Source: a virus (lineage: Duplodnaviria; Caudoviricetes). From it: a stretch of 64,000 nt of DNA. The position numbers were made by a program, and so were the translations under genes. Of this stretch, positions 1 through 9,722 are shown one piece after another (the stretch's first letter is position 1; each line of letters opens with the position of its first letter). The stretch covers positions 96,001-160,000 of the IMG/VR virus record IMGVR_UViG_3300037067_005074, one strand, 5' to 3'. The notes under the pieces are model-generated. The model was not told the DNA's origin. It searched no databases and saw nothing but the letters and a program-made list of their open reading frames with translations.

Positions 1-2
1 TA

Positions 3-161
3 AAATGTAATTCATTTGTATCGGAATTTGATGAGGAAGGAAATAAAAAATGGAATGGAGGAAAACCAGAAAACGATGTTATTAAATTTGTTTCAATTAA
101 AGAAGCAACAAATCTTTTACATGAAGCACAAATCAAATTATTAAAATCTATAAAGATATGA
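3..161 (+). CDS. 3' end of a hypothetical protein (truncated by window edge)
   Basis: Open frame KCNSFVSEFDEEGNKKWNGG...KSIKI*; its stop overlaps the ATG at 158. Confidence 0.6.
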   Translation, partial: KCNSFVSEFDEEGNKKWNGGKPENDVIKFVSIKEATNLLHEAQIKLLKSIKI

Positions 162-469
162 GAAAACCAAACTTATTAATATTTGTTTATATACTCATTA
201 TATTTATAATTTCTATTTTTGTTTTTTCTAAAATTAATTTAGATTATGTTTTATTTGACAATGTAAAAATAATTGATATTATATTGTCTTTATTAACTTC
301 TATATCATTTACATTATTTATATTCATTAGAAAGATAGATGACATACTTTTGAAATTTAAAAAGAGTATTGAAGAGAATTTTGATGCTTTAAAGAAATTA
401 ACAAAATATATTTCAGAAAATATTAAAAGAATTAAAAATAATGAAAATAGAAAAACAAATATTAAATAA
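158..469 (+). CDS. Hypothetical membrane protein (2 TM)
   Basis: Two hydrophobic stretches followed by a charged tail. Confidence 0.6.
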   Translation: MRKPNLLIFVYILIIFIISIFVFSKINLDYVLFDNVKIIDIILSLLTSISFTLFIFIRKIDDILLKFKKSIEENFDALKKLTKYISENIKRIKNNENRKTNIK

Positions 470-483
470 TTTAAAACAAACAC

Positions 484-753
484 ATGGACAAATTTCACAT
501 ATCTGATTATATATCTTCTCATTTCAAATCATTAAAATATTTAGAAATAAATCAAACATCTCCTTCTGGTATTTTTATAGAATCTTTTAAATACACAGAA
601 AAAGGAATGTTTGTTAAATTTGGAAAGTTATTTAAATCTTATTTATTTTTCGATTGGATTGATATTGAGTGGTTTTATCAAATAATTAAAAAACATACAA
701 AACCAGAAATAATGAGGTCTAATTCTACTGGACAACCATTATTTATTTTTTAA
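484..753 (+). CDS. Hypothetical protein
   Basis: ORF within a co-directional run. Confidence 0.6.
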   Translation: MDKFHISDYISSHFKSLKYLEINQTSPSGIFIESFKYTEKGMFVKFGKLFKSYLFFDWIDIEWFYQIIKKHTKPEIMRSNSTGQPLFIF

Positions 754-784
754 GTAAATTTATATTTATATTAAAAAACATACC

Positions 785-1036
785 ATGGAACAAATCACTA
801 AAACTCAACAAGCAATAAATTTATTTAAAGAAAAGAAATACAAAGAATCTTTTAAAATATTCAAAACATTTAAACAAACGTTTAATAAAGATGAAATAAG
901 ATTAATAGAATTAGCATATGAAGGATTAACTGGCAAAAAGTCTTTTTATATATCAATAGGAATAAGTACAGATGAAGCTTTTAAAGAAGCAAAAGATATA
1001 ATTGAAATAAAATACAATAAATATTTAAATAAATAA
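785..1036 (+). CDS. Hypothetical protein
   Basis: ORF preceded by ATATTTATA (762-770). Confidence 0.65.
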   Translation: MEQITKTQQAINLFKEKKYKESFKIFKTFKQTFNKDEIRLIELAYEGLTGKKSFYISIGISTDEAFKEAKDIIEIKYNKYLNK

Positions 1037-1221
1037 TCTGTTTAAATATTGTTTTTAAATCTAAATTAAATTATATTTTTAATATAAATCATAAAACTAA
1101 AATTAACATGGAAAATCAAACAAAACAAGTACCAGAAATAACAGCAGTAAAGTTATTTAAAGCAATATTTGTTATTTTGTGCATAATTGGAACAATACTC
1201 ATTTTAGTTTCATAGAATTTA

Positions 1222-1761
1222 ATGGAAAAAGATAACATCACTTTAGAAAGAATTAAATTAATTCATCCTAAACTTCAATCTGAATTATTATCTATTTATA
1301 ATGATTTGTTTGATAAAGGTGTTTATATTAGATTTACTTCTACTTTTAGGTCATTCTTAGAACAAGATGCTATTTATTATCAAGGTAGAAAATCCTTAGA
1401 AGAAGTAAACAATATGAGATTGAAATGTGGATTATATCTAATTTCAGAAAAAGAAAACAAAATAGTTTCAAATGCTTTCGGTGGGAGAAGTTATCATAAT
1501 TATGGTATTGCCGTTGATTTTTGTCTTCTTTCTAAAAATCATAATTATGACATGGAATTTGACACGAATAATAACAATGAAAAAGATTGGAATGAAGTTG
1601 TAAAAGTATTTAAAAATTATGGTTGGGATTGGGGAAGTGAAGTTAATTTTAAAAGTGATACACCACATTTTCAAAAAACATTTGGATATAAAATAAATCA
1701 ATTATTGGAAAAATATAATAGACAAGATTTTATAATTGGGACTGAATATTTAAATTTATGA
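1222..1761 (+). CDS. M15-family peptidase (L-Ala-D-Glu endolysin-like)
   Basis: Motifs RSFLEQD.IYYQGR, SYHNYGIAVD, WGS...D.PHFQ. Confidence 0.9.
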   Translation: MEKDNITLERIKLIHPKLQSELLSIYNDLFDKGVYIRFTSTFRSFLEQDAIYYQGRKSLEEVNNMRLKCGLYLISEKENKIVSNAFGGRSYHNYGIAVDFCLLSKNHNYDMEFDTNNNNEKDWNEVVKVFKNYGWDWGSEVNFKSDTPHFQKTFGYKINQLLEKYNRQDFIIGTEYLNL

Positions 1762-2120
1762 AAGATATTTTAATGCAATTTGTCACATTGTTTTTGTGTT
1801 TATTTATTTTCGGATTTATGTTAATAACATTAATTCAAAATAAAAATATAAAATATAAAATAGATAATATAGATTCTATAAATAATTCAAATCAAATAAT
1901 AATTAAAGATTTAAAATCAAATTTAAATAATATGAAATTAACATTTGAATTATATCAACATAAATTAAATTTAATTGATAGTAATGTTAATTTAATTGAT
2001 AAAAACAGAAATATTAAAATAAATAATTTCAACATTCAAAAAGATAGTCTTACAAATTTAATAGATAAATTAAAAGATGAAACAATTATTGATATTCCTT
2101 TTATTCCTATTCTTAACTAA
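1758..2120 (+). CDS. Membrane-anchored coiled-coil protein, possible spanin-like lysis protein
   Basis: N-terminal TM then coiled coil; overlaps the endolysin stop. Confidence 0.5.
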   Translation: MKDILMQFVTLFLCLFIFGFMLITLIQNKNIKYKIDNIDSINNSNQIIIKDLKSNLNNMKLTFELYQHKLNLIDSNVNLIDKNRNIKINNFNIQKDSLTNLIDKLKDETIIDIPFIPILN

Positions 2121-2586
2121 TTCATTATATTCTCAATCAATAAATTATTATTCTGATAAAATAGAAGTTAAAACATTCCATAAAAATAACAATATACTAA
2201 TACAGAATGATACCATTTATTTGATGAATAGCAAAACATTTCAAATTTATAATTCAATTTATAATATTTATAAAAATAATGATTTGTATTCTGCATTCTT
2301 TTCTCTTCAACAACTTTATGAAAAAAGAATAGAAGAACAAGATACAGAATATGATAGTTTAAAAACTTGCTATGATAATCTTTTTTTAGAATCAAGAGAA
2401 CTAATTAAAACAAACATTGAATATATAAATAAAATTGATATTTCATTAGATACACTTCAACGCAATACAAACAAAATTTCAGAACAATTAGAAGAATTAA
2501 AACCAGCAAATGATAAATTACTAACAAGAATATTAATTGGTGGTAGTGGAGTTGTGATTGGTATTTTAATAGGTTTATTTATTTAA
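2077..2586 (+). CDS. Secreted or membrane coiled-coil protein, possible spanin partner
   Basis: Signal peptide, coiled coil, C-terminal TM; overlaps the previous gene. Confidence 0.5.
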   Translation: MKQLLIFLLFLFLTNSLYSQSINYYSDKIEVKTFHKNNNILIQNDTIYLMNSKTFQIYNSIYNIYKNNDLYSAFFSLQQLYEKRIEEQDTEYDSLKTCYDNLFLESRELIKTNIEYINKIDISLDTLQRNTNKISEQLEELKPANDKLLTRILIGGSGVVIGILIGLFI

Positions 2587-2597
2587 AATTTATAGTT

Positions 2598-2837
2598 ATG
2601 TTTTTTAAAAGAAAAAGATATTTTGTGTTTTCTGCTTTTTATAATATTAAAGTTGATAATAATCAAAAAGGAATGGTTCATCAAAATTTTGGACATAGTT
2701 ATCATGAATTTCCTTCTAAATCTAAATTAGAAAATATTATAAAAGATTTTAACAAAGAATCTGAAATAAGTGGTATTGTTATCTTATCAATTAGTGAATT
2801 AAATAAAAAAGATTATAATAAATTTTGGGAATTATGA
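2598..2837 (+). CDS. Hypothetical protein
   Basis: ORF track, operon context. Confidence 0.55.
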   Translation: MFFKRKRYFVFSAFYNIKVDNNQKGMVHQNFGHSYHEFPSKSKLENIIKDFNKESEISGIVILSISELNKKDYNKFWEL

Positions 2838-3112
2838 ATTTAGAATTAAAAGATGACATTAAAACAATTCTGATTAAAAAGTTTATAAAATATTCAAATA
2901 ATTATTTATCAGATATAGATTTTGAAATTGAATATATTAATGAAGAAAATATAATTAATTCGATTGAAGTTAAGATTAGTTCAAATGAAGGATATGATAA
3001 AGAAATTATAATTATATCACATTTAGATTTAATTGTTTTTCTGTTTATGAATCATAAATCACTTTCAAATTGTTGGAGTGAATCACTTAAATTATTTCAA
3101 TATAAAAGTTAA
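2825..3112 (+). CDS. Hypothetical protein
   Basis: ORF track, operon context. Confidence 0.55.
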   Translation: MGIMNLELKDDIKTILIKKFIKYSNNYLSDIDFEIEYINEENIINSIEVKISSNEGYDKEIIIISHLDLIVFLFMNHKSLSNCWSESLKLFQYKS

Positions 3113-3191
3113 AAATTGGTTATGACTTATTCTAAGTTTCTAAATAAGCGAAAATAGACTTATGGTTGAGAGGCCAGACTTATACCAATTT
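3113..3191 (+). ncRNA. Candidate small structured RNA or regulatory element
   Basis: Closing stem AAATTGGT/ACCAATTT, inner hairpins including TGGTT-GAGA-GGCCA, GACTTAT three times; followed by a terminator. Confidence 0.35.
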
Positions 3192-3194
3192 AAT

Positions 3195-3226
3195 ATCCAA
3201 TATTTTAATTAATATTGGATTTTTTA
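3195..3226 (+). terminator. Intrinsic terminator
   Basis: ATCCAATATT/AATATTGGAT stem followed by a T run. Confidence 0.65.
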
Positions 3227-3248
3227 TTTAAAAATAATTGTTGAAATA

Positions 3249-3280
3249 TTTGTTTATTAATTTTATTTTATTTATTTTTG
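3249..3280 (+). promoter_or_regulatory. Bacteroidota-type sigma70 promoter
   Basis: TTTG-N20-TATTTTTG, then TAGAGTAAAA as in the copies at 26528 and 63675. Confidence 0.8.
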
Positions 3281-3311
3281 TAGAGTAAAATTTAATTTAA
3301 AATTTAACAAC

Positions 3312-3554
3312 ATGAAAAATATCGAAACATTAAATAATATTAATAGACAAAATTATAAATCATTTTTAGGCAAGACAATTATTGCATTACAAGAACAAAA
3401 AAGTGGTAAAATTGTACAAATTGAATATACTGTTGATAATATTAGAGATGAAGAATATAAAAGTAAAAAAACACCTAATATACCAATATTTGAATTAACT
3501 CAAGTAGGCAATAATAAAAAAAGAATATTAATGTTGTGGAATATTAAAAACTAA
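3312..3554 (+). CDS. Hypothetical protein
   Basis: First ORF after the promoter. Confidence 0.65.
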   Translation: MKNIETLNNINRQNYKSFLGKTIIALQEQKSGKIVQIEYTVDNIRDEEYKSKKTPNIPIFELTQVGNNKKRILMLWNIKN

Positions 3555-3559
3555 AAAAC

Positions 3560-3879
3560 ATGGAATTACCAAAATGGGTTCTAATACAGAACAAGAAAAC
3601 AAAAGATTATTGGTTAGAAACAGGAATAGTCGAATTCCACTCAGAAATATTTAATTCTTCTGTTTGGGATTGTTTAGGTGGAGGGTTGTACTTTAATGAT
3701 AAACAAAACAATGATTTTATTCTTTATTCTAAAAGTCATGATTTGGGCAAGTTAAAGATTTAAAATTAATTGAACAATCTATTATATCTCCTTTTTTAGA
3801 AACAATGAATATTTATTTTTCACCTGAAGAAAGCATTGATAAAGCAAAAGAAAACAAAATTAAACTTAATATAGAATAA
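3560..3879 (+). pseudogene. Hypothetical protein with an apparent frameshift near 3742
   Basis: Adding one T at GATTTGGG gives ...SHDFGQVKDLKLIEQ...KLNIE*, ending just before the ATG at 3881. Confidence 0.5.
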
Positions 3880-3880
3880 A

Positions 3881-4186
3881 ATGGAAACAAAACAACTTAA
3901 TGAATATAAAATTGAATTCTATTCTACTAAAGAATGGAGAAACAGACCCGGATATATCGATTTTGTATATGTCGGGTCTGTTTCTAATATTGATTTAGAT
4001 TTATGTGAAAATATTGTAGATATTATATCAGAAAATGATTTAGATGAAATCGAATTATCTCTACCAATTGAAGAAAGATTTGCAGGATATAAAAATTATA
4101 AAGATAAAGCATATTCAGTTAAAACTGCAAAAGAATCTTTTTTAACATTATCTGATTTAGAATATTGTGTAATAATAAAATTATAA
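3881..4186 (+). CDS. Hypothetical protein
   Basis: ORF track. Confidence 0.65.
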   Translation: METKQLNEYKIEFYSTKEWRNRPGYIDFVYVGSVSNIDLDLCENIVDIISENDLDEIELSLPIEERFAGYKNYKDKAYSVKTAKESFLTLSDLEYCVIIKL

Positions 4187-4189
4187 AAA

Positions 4190-5701
4190 ATGAAAATTAA
4201 AGACTTTTTAGAAAAACAAAACTTGTCATTGGGTTCTTATCCAAAAGAATATTTAGAATTTGAAATTCTATTACTTGTTCGTTCTGGTTCTTGGGTATAT
4301 GGAACTAATATAGAAACAAGCGATGAAGATTTTAGGGGAATTTTCATTATCCCAGAAAATTATTTATATAAACTCAGAAATAATTATATTCCTCAAATTA
4401 GTTTTGGTGAACTAAATGAAAAAGGAGATAAGAAAGAAGATAATTGTTTTTATGAGATTGGCAGATTTATGGAATTGTTAGAATCAAGCAATCCAAATGT
4501 ATTGGAAATTTTACAAATTGTAGATGAAAATTTACTTTATAAACATCCAATTTTAAACATTCTATCTGAAAATAAAGATAAATTCTTAACCAAACAATGT
4601 CGTAATTCAGTTGCTGGTTATGCTATGTCTCAAATTAGTAAAGCTACAGGACAAAATAAATTTCAAAATTGGGAAGAATCTAAAATGGTTAGAAAATCTC
4701 CACTTGATTTCTGTAATGTATATGAAAATCAACATTCATATAAATTAATTGACTGGTTACAAACAAACAATTTAAATCAAAAGAATTGTGGATTAGTTCC
4801 AGTTCCTCATACTATTGATAAATTAGAAAATTTTATTCAATATCATGTAGAAGATAAAGATATTTGGTATTCTCTTTCATTTCATTTAAGTAAACAATTA
4901 CAAATTCTTGTAAAATATGGATTATTAGATTTTGATAATTTCAGAGAAGAAAAAGTAGAATCTAAAATTAGTTATATTAATGATTGTATGACTACTTTGA
5001 AATCTAAATCTAATATTGAATATAATGATGTTAATGAAATTGCAAATTTGTTTAAAGGAATTCTTGGACCAATTTATAAAGCATTAAAATCTGATTCTGG
5101 TAATAAATATAAATACATTATTACTTATGCTTTATTTTATGATGAAAGTAATAGTAAAAATTATCAAGGAATAGTAAAAGAATGGGAAGATGGAACAATT
5201 CAAAGTAATGAATTAAGACTTTCTTCTATTCCAAAAAATGAAAAATTAAAAGTAATTATTTCTTATGATATGAATGGTTATTCTGAGCATTGCAAACAAT
5301 GGATGTCATATCAAGAATGGATTAAAAATAGAAATGAAACTCGTTATGTAGATAATAAGAACCATAATCAGAAAATAGATTCTAAAAATGCAATGCATCT
5401 TACTCGTTTATTAGATATGAGTAAAGAAATTGCAATGGGATTAGGAATGATTGTAAAACGACCAAACAGAGAATATCTATTAAGTATTAGAAGAGGAGAA
5501 GTTAGTTTACAAGAAATCATCGATTCTGGAAAACAAAAGATTAAAGAAATTGATAAATTGTTTAATGAAAGTAATCTTCCAGAAACAATTGATACTGATT
5601 ATTTGAATGAATTATTATTTACTATTAGAAAGAATTATTATAAAAATGAAAATAAAATGATTTCTAATGATTTAATTCCAATACAATCAATGGGTTTTTA
5701 A
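4190..5701 (+). CDS. Pol-beta-superfamily nucleotidyltransferase (phage Nuc-transf/RlaP-like) with internal insertion
   Basis: SGSWVYGTN..TSDEDFRGIF, NPNVLEIL, KNAMHLTRLL, LLSIRRGE. Confidence 0.85.
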   Translation: MKIKDFLEKQNLSLGSYPKEYLEFEILLLVRSGSWVYGTNIETSDEDFRGIFIIPENYLYKLRNNYIPQISFGELNEKGDKKEDNCFYEIGRFMELLESSNPNVLEILQIVDENLLYKHPILNILSENKDKFLTKQCRNSVAGYAMSQISKATGQNKFQNWEESKMVRKSPLDFCNVYENQHSYKLIDWLQTNNLNQKNCGLVPVPHTIDKLENFIQYHVEDKDIWYSLSFHLSKQLQILVKYGLLDFDNFREEKVESKISYINDCMTTLKSKSNIEYNDVNEIANLFKGILGPIYKALKSDSGNKYKYIITYALFYDESNSKNYQGIVKEWEDGTIQSNELRLSSIPKNEKLKVIISYDMNGYSEHCKQWMSYQEWIKNRNETRYVDNKNHNQKIDSKNAMHLTRLLDMSKEIAMGLGMIVKRPNREYLLSIRRGEVSLQEIIDSGKQKIKEIDKLFNESNLPETIDTDYLNELLFTIRKNYYKNENKMISNDLIPIQSMGF

Positions 5702-5969
5702 TAAAGATGAATTTTTAAGTAATTTAAATGATAACAAAGAAAGATTTATTAAATATGATTTATATGAATGCCCAAACTGTGGATTTACACAAGATAGTGA
5801 TAAATGGCTAAATTTAGTTGATGAAAGTGATAAAGACAATATATTTGATATTAAAAGACTACAATCTATAGAAAAATATGGTGATTATAGTTATATATCA
5901 ATTTCACCTTCAGAGTTTAATATAAAATGTCCTAAATGTGGTAAAACCGATTTTATGATAGAATGTTAA
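5700..5969 (+). other. Open +1 frame encoding a CPNC...CPKC zinc-ribbon-like domain without its own ATG
   Basis: Frame NKDEFLSNL...YECPNCGF...KCPKCGK...IEC* opens directly after ATG GGT TTT T. Confidence 0.5.
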
Positions 5970-5985
5970 TTTAAAAATATAACTT

Positions 5986-6252
5986 ATGAGCTTAATTAAA
6001 GAATTTGCAACATTTTTTAATAATAGAAGAAAATTAAATCCAAATGAATTATTATCAATTAGATTCGAATATATTAATGAATTATTTAGCATATTTAAAA
6101 ACTATGAAATAGATAAACAATATATAATTTCTGAAATTGATACTTGTTTTACTATTAACGAATTGAATAAATCATACGACAAAATTTGCAAATATTATTT
6201 TGAAATTAGTAATAGTCAAATTTTAAATGAATTAAAACAATTATCAATTTAA
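5986..6252 (+). CDS. Hypothetical protein
   Basis: ORF track. Confidence 0.6.
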   Translation: MSLIKEFATFFNNRRKLNPNELLSIRFEYINELFSIFKNYEIDKQYIISEIDTCFTINELNKSYDKICKYYFEISNSQILNELKQLSI

Positions 6253-6353
6253 AATATTATGAATAAACAAATTAAATACCACATTGGATTTCTTATACTT
6301 TTATCAATTTCAATAATTTTATTGTTTTTATTTTAAAAATATCTTAAAGAATA

Positions 6354-6385
6354 TTTGTTTATTAAATTTATTAGTATTATATTTG
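6354..6385 (+). promoter_or_regulatory. Bacteroidota-type promoter
   Basis: TTTG-N20-TATATTTG. Confidence 0.75.
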
Positions 6386-6421
6386 TTGTATAATTAAAAA
6401 CAATTTAAAAATAAAATAAAC

Positions 6422-6565
6422 ATGGAAACAGATACAGAAAATAAATGCAAAAATTGTAAATATCTAATCAAAATTAATTTAGGTGTTGGACAAAGATGTA
6501 AAAAAACTTTGAAAATAGTTAATAGTAATGATTCATGTGATAAACACAAAAAACGAAAATCATAA
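6422..6565 (+). CDS. Small Cys-rich protein (47 aa, below the ORF-track cutoff)
   Basis: METDTENKCKNCKYL...RCKK...SCDKHKKRKS*, directly after the promoter. Confidence 0.55.
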   Translation: METDTENKCKNCKYLIKINLGVGQRCKKTLKIVNSNDSCDKHKKRKS

Positions 6566-7090
6566 ATAATTGTTTTCAAAAACAAATGTCTTGCCTTTTA
6601 ATTCTGAGTATGCTTGTGATATAATTCCACTGGTCATTTTAGTTGCTATTATATCATATGTATTATTTTTATAAATTAAAGCAATTTTATTATCGACTTC
6701 AACACCTGAATAAATACTTGCGTCTTGATCATATTTTTTAGTTAATAAAGACAATTGTTTTTTATTTATATTTGGAATAAATAATGATATTTCTATTGCA
6801 TGTATTTTTAAATTTGTAGGACAATCATTATAATTATAATTCGAATCTGTACATTCTTGCCAATGTCCTTTTAATTTAAAAAATCCTAAATTTAATTTTT
6901 TTATATCACTTTCTAATTGTTTATTTAATAATAAATTTGTTTTTAAATCATTAGTTGATCTAAAAGCAGTTATTATTCCGAATGATTTAGTTTTGCCTTC
7001 TTTATTAACATGTGAAATTAATCTATTTAAAGATATTTCTTTCAATTGTCTTTTAATTTCTTTTTTAATTATTGATTCTATTATGTTCAT
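6560..7090 (-). CDS. Phage protein, DUF3293-like, with an N-terminal 'IKKEI..LKE' leader
   Basis: GIITAFR, N..LESDI, G.WQE, E.SLFI, KKYDQDA. Confidence 0.6.
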   Translation of the reverse strand: MNIIESIIKKEIKRQLKEISLNRLISHVNKEGKTKSFGIITAFRSTNDLKTNLLLNKQLESDIKKLNLGFFKLKGHWQECTDSNYNYNDCPTNLKIHAIEISLFIPNINKKQLSLLTKKYDQDASIYSGVEVDNKIALIYKNNTYDIIATKMTSGIISQAYSELKGKTFVFENNYL

Positions 7091-7151
7091 CTTTTATTTT
7101 TAATGTTTAATTGTTTATATTTTCAATAAATATAAAAAAGAATTATTTTTT

Positions 7152-7322
7152 ATGAAAAAAGATTACTATAAAATATTAGGAGTTGATAAGAATGTTACCA
7201 AAGATGAACTCAAAAAAGTTTATCGTAAATTAGCAATGGAACATCATCCAGATAAAAATCCAAACAATAAAGAATCAGAAGAAAAGTTTAAAGAAATTGC
7301 TGAAGCATATGAAGTATTATGA
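7152..7322 (+). pseudogene. dnaJ: DnaJ N-terminal J-domain, stopped at the TnpB insert
   Basis: [11 protein letters not shown]...[14 protein letters not shown]...[11 protein letters not shown] (HPD motif). Confidence 0.9.
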
Positions 7323-9044
7323 ATATTTAAACTTTCTAATAAAACGCAATATAAACTAATATAAATTTTATTTTTATAATTCGTTATTATTTTTTATATT
7401 TTATTATATTTATATAAAAATAATAAATGAAAGTAAATAGTACATATTCTTATTCTTTTTATGATGATAATCTAAACGATACTAAGTATAATCATATTCT
7501 GAAAAAATGTGTTCTTATAAATAAATTTAAAAACGAATTAAGTGTTAAATTTAATTCTAATCCAGTTTACTATTCAGAAAAATCGAGTTTTAGCATTGTT
7601 ACAGAAGAAAATACAAAAATAGAAGGTTTGGTAGGAAGAGAAATTCAATCTACAATAACAGATGTTTTTACGACTTATAAAAACAAATTTAAAGTTTTTA
7701 CTCAAAGATGTTCTTGTAAAATACAAAAAGATATATCGGCTTCATTTTATACAAAAGGTAAAAAGAAAGGAGAAGTAAAAGAGTTTAAAATAAATTTAAA
7801 ATCTACACCTTTAACTAAAACATGCTCGTTTTTAACAAGATATTACAATTCAACAACTGTTCAATATCTTATTAGTGAAATAAATAAAAACGAAAAAGAA
7901 CAAGATAAAATAGAATTTTATAAAGAAATTTTATTCTATATAAACAAATTTGGAGAAAGATTAATTAAACTTGCTTTGAGTAGAAGAAATACAATAATTC
8001 AGAAATTGTTTAAATTTCCAATTCAATTTACAAAATTATCTTATAGAGCAATAAACAATGGAAAAATCATAAATAAAAATAAAAATAAGCATTCTGTTTT
8101 AGAGCAGTTTATTTCTTTATCCGGGTTCGGTCCTAAAAATAGTAAATTGCACATCCCGATCAAATATTCTAAAAAATATCATGGAGAATTTTTAGATTTC
8201 AATAAATCTTCTCAAATAGGATATATCATCAAATTAGAAGAAAATAAAAGAGTTAGAATTATTCTTACTAAAGAAGGAACAAGAGAATATAAAGAAGACA
8301 AAAAAGAAACAGTTGGAGTAGATGTAAATTTAAAGCATAATATATTCAGTCTTTCAAATAACACATCTATTGATTATGATAGAGAATTAATTTCAAATTA
8401 TTTTAAAACAATAAAAAAGTTAGATAAAAAGAAAAATAATTTAAGTGAAAAAGATATTTCAAGAAAACAGAAATATCAAAAAAGAATAGAAAATCATTTA
8501 AAAGAAAAATGTTCTGATTTGGTTGATTATTGCAAACAATCCGGATATAATCACCTTGTAATTGAAGATTTAAATTTTAAAGAAAAATCATTCTTTAAAA
8601 TTGAAGGTATGAAGATGAGCAGAATTGCTTCTTTAATGAGGTTAAATAATATTAAAAACTATATACATTCTATTTGTTCTAAGAAAGAGATGCAACTATC
8701 AATCATTCCAAGTTATTTTACATCTCAACGATGTAGTAAATGTGGTTATATTGATTCAGAAAACAGAAAATCACAAGAAGATTTTCATTGCTTAAATTGT
8801 GGTAATCGAGAAAATGCAGATTCAAATGCAAGTCAAAATATAAAACAATACAAGGACTTAAACGTTTTAAGTTCTAAATTATTAGTTCAGGATAAAAGTA
8901 CAAAATGGTTCATTCCTAATTCTCTTCGAAAGAAAGGAATAAAACTTGTTTTAGATGATTATTTTGAACAGTATAGTTAGAAAACTTTTCAAGTTGAAGA
9001 GTCAGAGTAAAAAAAGTTTATTACTTTTTATTGCTATTTCTAAC
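7320..9044 (+). mobile_element. TnpB-only element within dnaJ (boundaries approximate)
   Basis: Separates the J-domain from the C-terminal domain; TATTA at both junctions; partly complementary subterminal sequences. Confidence 0.7.
7427..8980 (+). CDS. tnpB: TnpB RNA-guided nuclease (IS200/IS605/IS607-type) with zinc ribbon
   Basis: RuvC VGVDVN / VIEDL / NADSNAS; TSQRCSKCG...CLNCG. Confidence 0.9.
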   Translation: MKVNSTYSYSFYDDNLNDTKYNHILKKCVLINKFKNELSVKFNSNPVYYSEKSSFSIVTEENTKIEGLVGREIQSTITDVFTTYKNKFKVFTQRCSCKIQKDISASFYTKGKKKGEVKEFKINLKSTPLTKTCSFLTRYYNSTTVQYLISEINKNEKEQDKIEFYKEILFYINKFGERLIKLALSRRNTIIQKLFKFPIQFTKLSYRAINNGKIINKNKNKHSVLEQFISLSGFGPKNSKLHIPIKYSKKYHGEFLDFNKSSQIGYIIKLEENKRVRIILTKEGTREYKEDKKETVGVDVNLKHNIFSLSNNTSIDYDRELISNYFKTIKKLDKKKNNLSEKDISRKQKYQKRIENHLKEKCSDLVDYCKQSGYNHLVIEDLNFKEKSFFKIEGMKMSRIASLMRLNNIKNYIHSICSKKEMQLSIIPSYFTSQRCSKCGYIDSENRKSQEDFHCLNCGNRENADSNASQNIKQYKDLNVLSSKLLVQDKSTKWFIPNSLRKKGIKLVLDDYFEQYS

Positions 9045-9046
9045 TA

Positions 9047-9424
9047 TTAAGTAAACAAGGTCATTATAATACTTCACAAAATAAATATTCAGATTTACAT
9101 ATAAGAATTAATCATAAAAAACATGATAGATTTGAAATAAATAATGATATTAATCTTGTTTATAATCATTATATTGATTATTATGATTTAATGTTGGGAA
9201 CTAAATTAAAGATTGAAACATTAGATAAAAGAATATTAGAAATAAATATCCCACCTTGCTTTAATACAGATATGGTTTTAGAACATAAACATGAAGGAAT
9301 GATGTATGATAATTATGTTGGTGATTTATATATAAAAGTTAAATTGAAAATACCTAAGAATATAAGTAAAGACGAAAAAGAATTGTTAGGAAAAATAAAA
9401 GAATTAAAAAACTCTACTAATTGA
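9047..9424 (+). pseudogene. dnaJ: DnaJ C-terminal fragment
   Basis: Open frame LSKQG...SDLHIRI..KKHDRF...MLGTKLKIETLD...GDLYIKVKLKIPKNIS..EKELL. Confidence 0.85.
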
Positions 9425-9439
9425 TTTTAGTAGAGTTTT
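9408..9439. terminator. Bidirectional terminator
   Basis: AAAACTCTACTAA/TTAGTAGAGTTTT between convergent genes. Confidence 0.7.
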
Positions 9440-9462
9440 ATTTTTTGTGGTTAAAAATATAA

Positions 9463-9651
9463 TTACTTTAATTCAGGAAGATTAAAATCAGTTTTTACAC
9501 AATATGAAACACATTCATCGCCAATTTTCATTAATGTTTCGGCTTCTTTTTCAGGAATACCCCAACCACTATCCCAAGTTTGAATACTATTATGCATTGT
9601 AGCAATGACTTTTATTAAATCTTCTTTTGTTAATTTACTTAAATTTTCCAT
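9463..9651 (-). CDS. Hypothetical protein
   Basis: ORF downstream of the promoter at 9691-9722. Confidence 0.7.
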   Translation of the reverse strand: MENLSKLTKEDLIKVIATMHNSIQTWDSGWGIPEKEAETLMKIGDECVSYCVKTDFNLPELK

Positions 9652-9690
9652 TTTATGTGTTTTTTAAATTGTTTGTTAATAATTATAGTA

Positions 9691-9722
9691 CAAATATAAT
9701 ATTAATTTTTCATATAAACAAA
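9691..9722 (-). promoter_or_regulatory. Bacteroidota-type promoter
   Basis: TTTG-N20-TATATTTG on the minus strand. Confidence 0.75.

Noticed and set aside
3113-3191. tRNA gene
   Set aside because: No TTC-type T-loop or cloverleaf spacing; I recognised no tRNA or rRNA anywhere in the window.
5692-5698. -1 slippery heptamer G GGT TTT
   Set aside because: The -1 frame stops within a few codons; only the +1 frame is open.
7323-7426. IStron (group I intron plus TnpB)
   Set aside because: The leader is about 100 nt of almost pure A/T with no recognisable ribozyme elements.
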